DNA from: the human T2T-CHM13v2.0 reference genome, Homo sapiens
Direction: 5' to 3' (one strand)
DNA: 64,000 nucleotides
Assembly: GCF_009914755.1 (NCBI RefSeq)
Contig: NC_060925.1
A model generated the notes under the pieces. That model saw nothing but the letters and a program-made list of their open reading frames with translations, made no database searches and was not told the origin of the DNA. Each line of letters starts with the position of its first letter. Within the stretch, counting starts at the first letter, position 1. The position numbers were made by a program, and so were the translations under genes. Shown one piece after another: positions 60,101 to 64,000 of the stretch.

Positions 60101-63100
60101 GAATCGAATGGAATTATCGAATGCAATCGAATGGAATTATCGAATGCAATCGAATAGAATCATCGAAAGGACTCGAATGGAATCATCGAATGGAATGGAA
60201 TGGAACAGTCAATGAACTCGAATGGAATCATCATTGAATGGAATCGAATGGAATCATCGAGTGGAATCGAATGGAAATATGATCAAATGGAATCGAATGT
60301 AATCATCATCAAATGGAATCAAAAATAACCATCATCAATTGGTATTGAATGGAATTGTCATCAAATGGAATTCAAAGGAATCATCATCAAATGGAACCGA
60401 ATGGAATCCTCATTGAATGGAAATGAAAGGGGTCATCATCTAATGGAATCGCATGGAATCATCATCAAATGGAATCGAATGGAATCATCATCAAATGGAA
60501 TCTAATGGAATCATTGAACAGAATTGAATGGAATCGTCATCGAATGAATTGAATGCAATCATCGAATGGTCTCGAATGGAATCATCTTCTAATGGAAAGG
60601 AATGGAATCATCGCATAGAATCGAATGGAATTATCATCGAATGGAATCGAATGGTATCAACACCAAACGGAAAAAAATGGAATTATCGAATGGAATCGAA
60701 GAGAATCTTCGAACGGACCCGAATGGAATCATCTAATGGAATGGAATGGAATAATCCATGGACTCGAATGCAATCATCATCGAATGGAATGGAATGGAAT
60801 GGAATCATCGAATGGACTCGAATGGAATAATCATTGAACGGAATCGAATGGAATCATCATCGGATGGAAACGAATGGAATCATCATCGAATGGAAATGAA
60901 AGGAGTCATCATCTAATGGAATTGCATGGAATCATCATAAAATGGAATCGAATGGAATCAACATCAAATGGAATCAAATGGAATCATTGAACGGAATTGA
61001 ATGGAATCGTCATCGAATGAATTGACTGCAATCATCGAATGGTCTCGAATGGAATCATCTTCAAATGGAATGGAATGGAATCATCGCATAGAATCGAATG
61101 GAATTATCATCGAATGGAATCGAATGGAATCAACATCAAACGGAAAAAAACGGAATTATCGAATGGAATCGAAGAGAATCATCGAATGGACCCGAATGGA
61201 ATCATCTAATGGAATGGAATGGAATAATCCATGGACTCGAATGCAATCATCATCGAATGGAATCGAATGGAATCATCGAATGGACTCGAATGGAATAATC
61301 ATTGAACGGAATCGAATGGAATCATCATCGGATGGAAATGAATGGAATCATCATCGAATGGAATCGAATAGAAATATGGAATGAAATCCAGTGTGATCAT
61401 CATCGAATGGACCCGAATGGAATCATCATCCAACGGAAGCTAATGGAATCAACATCGAATGAATCGAATGGAAACACCATCGAATTGAAACGAATGGAAT
61501 TATCATGAAATTGAAATGGATGGACTCATCATCGAATGGATTCGAATGGAATCATCGAATAAAATTGATTGAAATCATCATCCAATGGAATCGAATGGTA
61601 TCATTGAATGGAATCGAATGGAATCATCATCAGATGGAAATGAATGGAATCGTCATAGAATGGAATCGAGTGGATTCATTGAATGGAATCAGATGGAATC
61701 ATCGAATGGACTGGAATGGAATCATTGAATGGACTCGAAAGGGATCATGATTGAATGGAATTGAATGGAATCATCGAATGGTCTCGATTGGAATCATTAT
61801 CAAATGGAATCGAATGGAATCACCGAATAGAATCGAATGGAACAATCATCGAATGGACTCAAATGGAATTATCCTCAAATGGAATCGAATGGAATTATCG
61901 AATGCAATCGAATGGAATTATCGAATGCAATCGAATAGAATCATCGAAAGGACTCGAATGGAATCATCGAATGGAATGGAATGGAACAGTCAATGAACTC
62001 GAATGGAATCATCATTGAATGGAATCCAATGGAATCATCGAGTGGAATCGAATGGAATTATGATCAAATGGAATCTAATGTAATCATCATCAAATGGAAT
62101 CAAAAATAACCATCATCAATTGGTATTGAATTGAATTGTCATCAAATGGAATTCAAAGGAATCATCATCAAATGGAACCGAATGGAATCCTCATTGAATG
62201 GAAATGAAAGGGGTCATCATCTAATGGAATCGCATGGAATCATCATCAAATGGAATCGAATGGAATCATCATCAAATGGAATCTAATGGAATCATTGAAC
62301 AGAATTGAATGGAATCGTCATCGAATGAATTGAATGCAATCATCGAATGGTCTCGAATGGAATCATCTTCTAATGGAAAGGAATGGAATCATCGCATAGA
62401 ATCGAATGGAATTATCATCGAATGGAATCGAATGGTATCAACACCAAACGGAAAAAAACGGAATTATCGAATGGAATCGAAGAGAATCTTCGAACGGACC
62501 CGAATGGAATCATCTAATGGAATGGAATGGAATAATCCATGGACTCGAATGCAATCATCATCGAATGGAATGGAATGGAATCATCGAATGGACTCGAATG
62601 GAATAATCATTGAACGGAATCGAATGGAATCATCATCGGATGGAAACGAATGGAATCATCATCGAATGGAAATGAAAGGAGTCATCATCTAATGGAATTG
62701 CATGGAATCATCATCAAATGGAATCGAATGGAATCAACATCAAATGGAATCAAATGGAATCATTGAACGGAATTGAATGGAATCCTCATCGAATGAATTG
62801 ACTGCAATCATCGAATGGTCTCGAATGGAATCATCTTCAAATGGAATGGAATGGAATCATCGCATAGAATCGAATGGAATTATCATCGAATGGAATCGAA
62901 TGGAATCAACATCAAACGGAAAAAAACGGAATTATCGAATGGAATCGAAGAGAATCATCGAATGGACCCGAATGGAATCATCTAATGGAATGGAATGGAA
63001 TAATCCATGGACTCGAATGCAATCATCATCGAATGGAATCGAATGGAATCATCGAATGGACTCGAATGGAATAATCATTGAACGGAATCGAATGGAATCA

Positions 63101-64000
63101 TCATCGGATGGAAATGAATGGAATCATCATCGAATGGAATCGAATAGAATTATGGAATGAAATCCAGTGTGATCATCATCGAATGGACCCGAATGGAATC
63201 ATCATCCAACGGAAGCTAATGGAATCAACATCGAATGAATCGAATGGAAACACCATCGAATTGAAACGAATGGAATTATCATGAAATTGAAATGGATGGA
63301 CTCATCATGGAATGGGTTCGAATAGAATCATTGAATAAAATTGATTGAAATCATCATCCAATGGAATCGAATGGTATCATTGAATGGAATCGAATGGAAT
63401 CATCATCAGATGGAAATGAATGGAATCGTCATAGAATGGAATCGAATGGATTCATTGAATGGAATCAGATGGAATCATCGAATGGACTGAAATGGAATCA
63501 TTGAATGGACTCGAAAGGGATCATTATTGAATGGAATTGAATGGAATCATCGAATGGTCTCGATTGGAATCATTATCAAATGGAATGGAATGGAATCACC
63601 GAATAGAATCGAATGGAACAATCATCGAATGGACTCAAATGGAATTATCCTCCAATGGAATCGAATGGAATTATCGAATGCAATCGAATGGAATTATCGA
63701 ATGCAATCGAATAGAATCATCGAATGGACTCGAATGGAATCATCGAATGGAATGGAATGGAACAGTCAATGAACTCGAATGGAATCATCATTGAATGGAA
63801 TCGAATGGAATCATCGAGTGGAATCGAATGGAATTATGATCAAATGGAATCGAATGTAATCATCATCAAATGGAATCAAAAATAACCATCATCAATTGGT
63901 ATTGAATGGAATTGTCATCAAATGGAATTCAAAGGAATCATCATCAAATGGAACCGAATGGAATCCTCATTGAATGGAAATGAAAGGGGTCATCATCTAA

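Larger units (their letters stand above)
1..64000 (+). repeat. Human satellite II (HSat2/HSATII) tandem array, ~1776-bp unit, GGAAT-rich strand on +; most likely chr1q12 pericentromeric heterochromatin (D1Z1/pUC1.77-type, HSat2A)
   Basis: The entire window consists of diverged GGAAT pentamers with CATCATCGAATGGAATCGAATGGAAT-type 23/26-bp motifs and very dense TCGA (TaqI) and GANTC (HinfI) sites. The same spurious ORFs recur every 1776 bp (e.g. 7431, 9207, 10983, 12759, 14535, 16311, 18087, 19863, 21639, 23415). HSat2 identity is near certain. The chr1 assignment comes from the 1.77-kb EcoRI periodicity known for that array (somewhat less certain, ~0.85). Confidence 0.97.

Noticed and set aside
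58-63794. About 200 + strand ORFs of 60-163 aa (MESSSNE..., MEWN/IIEW-rich)
   Set aside because: They are translations of the AATGG repeat: ATG recurs every few bases, the ORFs overlap in several frames and recur with the 1776/468-bp period. They are freely broken by stops and by 1-, 4-, 5- and 26-bp indels and show no recognisable domain.
1-64000. CRISPR-like or other repeat-spacer system
   Set aside because: The 23/26-bp motifs are contiguous and degenerate, with no unique spacers, leader or cas-like genes.
1-64000. HSat3 (e.g. DYZ1 3.6 kb or chr9 satellite III) or alpha satellite
   Set aside because: Pure GGAAT runs never exceed about four copies, and CATCATCGA-type motifs dominate, as in HSat2. 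The 3552-bp spacing is only a dimer of 1776. There is no 171-bp period or CENP-B box.
1-64000. Embedded transposon, unique sequence or inversion
   Set aside because: All 36 anchor spacings are explained by small satellite-internal indels. I saw no Alu/L1 sequence, poly(A) tail, target-site duplication or switch to the CCATT strand.

Overview
The whole 64 kb window is one uninterrupted, single-orientation array of classical satellite II, (GGAAT)n-derived and rich in ATCGAATGGAATC / CATCATCGAATGG words. It contains no recognisable gene, RNA gene, transposon, CRISPR array or unique DNA. The dominant period is 1776 bp, with one EcoRI site per unit and an internal 468-bp duplication. This matches the ~1.77-kb HSat2 repeat of human chromosome 1q12 (D1Z1 / pUC1.77 type, HSat2A); that assignment rests on established knowledge, not on a search run here. 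An anchor at the start of the first 468-bp subrepeat occurs 37 times (1065 ... 62309). Its 36 spacings are 1776 x22, 1750 x4, 1063 x3, 1781 x2, 1922 x2, and 1059, 1746 and 1772 once each. All listed ORFs are artefacts of the AATGG repeat. I found no evidence of a new biological system. The real information lies in how the array evolved: recurrent structural variants, divergent patches that look ancestral or imported, short conversion tracts, local multimer duplications and long-range haplotype layering.
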